Both the position numbers and the translations under genes were made by a program. Source: an uncultured delta proteobacterium (GTDB lineage: Bacteria > Myxococcota > Myxococcia > Myxococcales > Anaeromyxobacteraceae). Taken from it: DNA of 64,000 nt. The notes beneath the pieces were generated by a model, which worked only from the letters and a program-made list of their open reading frames with translations, was not told where the DNA came from and did not search any database. Position 1 is the stretch's first letter; every line of letters begins with the position of its first letter. Location of the stretch: NCBI GenBank assembly GCA_963845515.1, contig CAWJSR010000057.1, forward strand, positions 96,001 to 160,000, read 5' to 3'. Shown in pieces: positions 61,778 to 64,000 of this stretch.

Positions 61778-63589
61778 CTAGGCGTCGTCGCCGATATCGG
61801 AAGTTTCCGGACTCTCCATCCGATCGGGCGCGGCGACCCCGAGCACGGCCAGGCCGTTCGCGAGCGTCTGCTTGAGGGCGCGACACAGGAAGAGCCGTCC
61901 GCGGGTCTTGATGGGATCGCTCCCGATGACGCGCTCACCGCTCCGCTTCCCCTGCGTGTACCAGGAGTGGAAGGCGGCGATCGTCTCCTGGAGCCAGAAC
62001 GCGACCCGGTGCGGCTCCCACGCCAGGGCGGCACCCGCCAGCATGTCCGGGAAGCTCGCGATCCGGCGGATGAGATCCTGCTCCTCCGGAGAGGTGAGCG
62101 ACCGGACCGCCTCCAGATCGAAGCCGGGGAGCTCCACCCCGCCCTCGCGGGCCTTCGCGAAGATCGCCGCCAGGCGCGCGTGGCCGTACTGGACGTAGAA
62201 GACCGGGTTGTCGAGCGTCTGCTTCTTCGCGAGGTCGACGTCGAAGTCGAGCGGCGCGTCCGACCGGCGGGTCAGGAAGATGAAGCGGGTCGCGTCGCGC
62301 CCCACCTCGTCCACGACCTCGCGGAGCGAGACGAGCGTCCCCGCCCGCTTGGACATCTTCACCGACTCGCCGCCCCGGAGGAGGTTGACCATCTGGATGA
62401 GGACGACGTGCAGGTCGTCGCGCGAGCCGCCGAGCGCCTGGAGGGCCGCCTTCAGCCGCGGCACGTAGCCGCCGTGGTCCGCGCCGAGCACGTCGACGAG
62501 GAGGTCCGCCCGCTGCCGCTTCTCCCAGTGGTAGGCGATGTCGGCGCAGAAGTAGGTGGCGGTCCCGTCGGCCTTCTTGACCGGACGATCCACCTCGTCG
62601 CCGAACTTCGAGGAGCGAAAGAGCGTCAGGTCGTCGGACTCGGTGATGCCTTCCGCGGCTGCGTCCGCGTCCACCGCCGGTGGCGGCGCCGTCCCCTTCT
62701 TCGACTTGGGCGGCGGCAGCTTCCCGACGTAGATGAGGTCCTTCGCCGTCATCTCGGCGAGGAACTTCTCGACGATGCCGGACTCGTAGAGCGCCTTCTC
62801 CGAGGACCAGCGATCGAACTCGATGTTGATGGCGGCGAGGTCGCCACGGATGAGGCCGAGGACGTGCTGGACGGCGCGGTCCCGGAAGAGCGTGAGCCAG
62901 TCGGCCTCGGGCGCGTCGAGGAACCTGTCGCCGAGCTCGGCCTTCAGGGCCTGGGCGATCTCCATGACGTACTCGCCCGGGTAGCTCTTGGGCGGCATCG
63001 TGATCTGCCGACCGTGCGCCTCCTGGTAGCGGAGGTGGACCGAGCGGGCGAGCGTCTGGACCTGCGCGCCGAAGTCGTTGACGTAGTACTCGCGGGTGAC
63101 GTCGAAGCCCGCCCAGCGGAGCAGGCTCTGCACGCCGTCGCCGGTGACCGCGTTGCGGCCGTGGCCGACGTGCATCGGGCCGGTCGGGTTGGCCGAGACG
63201 TACTCGACGATGACCTTCTTCCCCTGCCCCACCGTCGTGCGCCCGTACCCCTCCCCCTCGACGAGGACGCGCTCGAGCGAGCGGAACCAGACGTCGGAGG
63301 CGAGCCGAACGTTGATGAAGCCGGGGCCGGCGATCTCGAGCGCGGCCACCGCGCCGCCGGAGTCGACCGCGCGGACCAGCCCGACCATGACCTGCGCCAG
63401 GTCGCGCGGCGGCTTGCCGAGCGGCTTCGCCAGGATCATCGCCGCGTTGACGGCGAAGTCGCCGTGCTTCGGATCGCGCGGGCTCTCGACGGAGAAGGCG
63501 ACCTCGGCGGCCGAGGCCGGCCAGAGCCCGTCGCCTGCCCCCTTTGCGAGCGCACGGCGGAAGATGTCGACGACGCTGTCTCGGATCAT
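61778..63589 (-). CDS. argS: Arginine--tRNA ligase
   Basis: HGDFA, GPGFIN, EYVSANPTGPMHVGHGR, KMSKRAG and YVQYGHAR. Confidence 0.97.
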   Translation of the reverse strand: MIRDSVVDIFRRALAKGAGDGLWPASAAEVAFSVESPRDPKHGDFAVNAAMILAKPLGKPPRDLAQVMVGLVRAVDSGGAVAALEIAGPGFINVRLASDVWFRSLERVLVEGEGYGRTTVGQGKKVIVEYVSANPTGPMHVGHGRNAVTGDGVQSLLRWAGFDVTREYYVNDFGAQVQTLARSVHLRYQEAHGRQITMPPKSYPGEYVMEIAQALKAELGDRFLDAPEADWLTLFRDRAVQHVLGLIRGDLAAINIEFDRWSSEKALYESGIVEKFLAEMTAKDLIYVGKLPPPKSKKGTAPPPAVDADAAAEGITESDDLTLFRSSKFGDEVDRPVKKADGTATYFCADIAYHWEKRQRADLLVDVLGADHGGYVPRLKAALQALGGSRDDLHVVLIQMVNLLRGGESVKMSKRAGTLVSLREVVDEVGRDATRFIFLTRRSDAPLDFDVDLAKKQTLDNPVFYVQYGHARLAAIFAKAREGGVELPGFDLEAVRSLTSPEEQDLIRRIASFPDMLAGAALAWEPHRVAFWLQETIAAFHSWYTQGKRSGERVIGSDPIKTRGRLFLCRALKQTLANGLAVLGVAAPDRMESPETSDIGDDA

Positions 63590-63701
63590 GGGGCGCGACA
63601 AATACCCGGCGCGGTCGAAGGGCGCAAGCGCGAGGGCGGGGGGGGGCGCCCGGGCTCCGGTGGACGGGACTGGACGCGTTCAGCGACCGGTGAGGCGGAG
63701 G

Positions 63702-63998
63702 CTACTTCGGCGCGACGCGCTCGACGGTGAACTTCACCTTATGCGTCGTGCCGACGATCATGTTGTGAAGGTGATCGAAATCCCGGTCTGCGGTGACGAT
63801 GACGGTGGCGCCGCGCAGCGCGCCGCACCCGACGACCGCGGCGTCGGCCGAGTGGAGCTTCTTGCCCTGGCGGGCGAGCTGCCGCGCGACGCGTCCCCCC
63901 AGACGGGCGGCGTCCTCGTCGAGCGGGACGACCTCGAAGGCCGATTGCAGGTCCGCAAGGTGGACCTGCCACTTCCGGGCGACGCGCGAGCCGGCACG
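63702..63998 (-). CDS. PIN-domain (VapC-like) protein, 5' end outside the window; not in the ORF track
   Basis: Hand translation: ..FEVVPLDEDAARLGGRVARQLARQGKKLHSADAAVVGCGALRGATVIVTADRDFDHL.. Confidence 0.75.
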   Translation of the reverse strand, partial: RAGSRVARKWQVHLADLQSAFEVVPLDEDAARLGGRVARQLARQGKKLHSADAAVVGCGALRGATVIVTADRDFDHLHNMIVGTTHKVKFTVERVAPK

Positions 63999-64000
63999 CA

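Overview
Very GC-rich bacterial chromosomal window whose gene content and order point to Myxococcota, probably Anaeromyxobacter-like (inference). It is mostly core genome: the tRNA(Thr-Tyr-Gly-Thr)-tuf-rpmG-tRNA(Trp)-secE-nusG-rplKAJL-rpoBC cluster, dnaK, clpX, gap-pgk-tpiA-secG, argS and two tRNA-Leu. Accessory and signalling genes include an orphan FliH/FliI/FliJ-like (SctL/N/O) trio, a compact sigma-70-family factor, an ftsB-coupled GAF-GAF-GGDEF cyclase, a fur-feoB-Cys-rich-DtxR/FeoA operon with a Fur-box palindrome, and two lid-less Hsp70 paralogs. I see no mobile element, CRISPR array or rRNA. The two strongest hunt results are: (1) a translationally coupled pair of ThiF/E1-like genes whose motif losses complement each other, resembling a eukaryote-style heterodimeric E1, located behind an Hsp70 with a MinD-like membrane-targeting tail; and (2) a 74-aa glutaredoxin-like ORF absent from the ORF track, with two in-frame UGA codons and SECIS-like hairpins (probable double selenoprotein). 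Six single-base frameshifts in otherwise intact genes most likely reflect sequencing or assembly indels. All calls come from motif recognition by eye; no searches were run.
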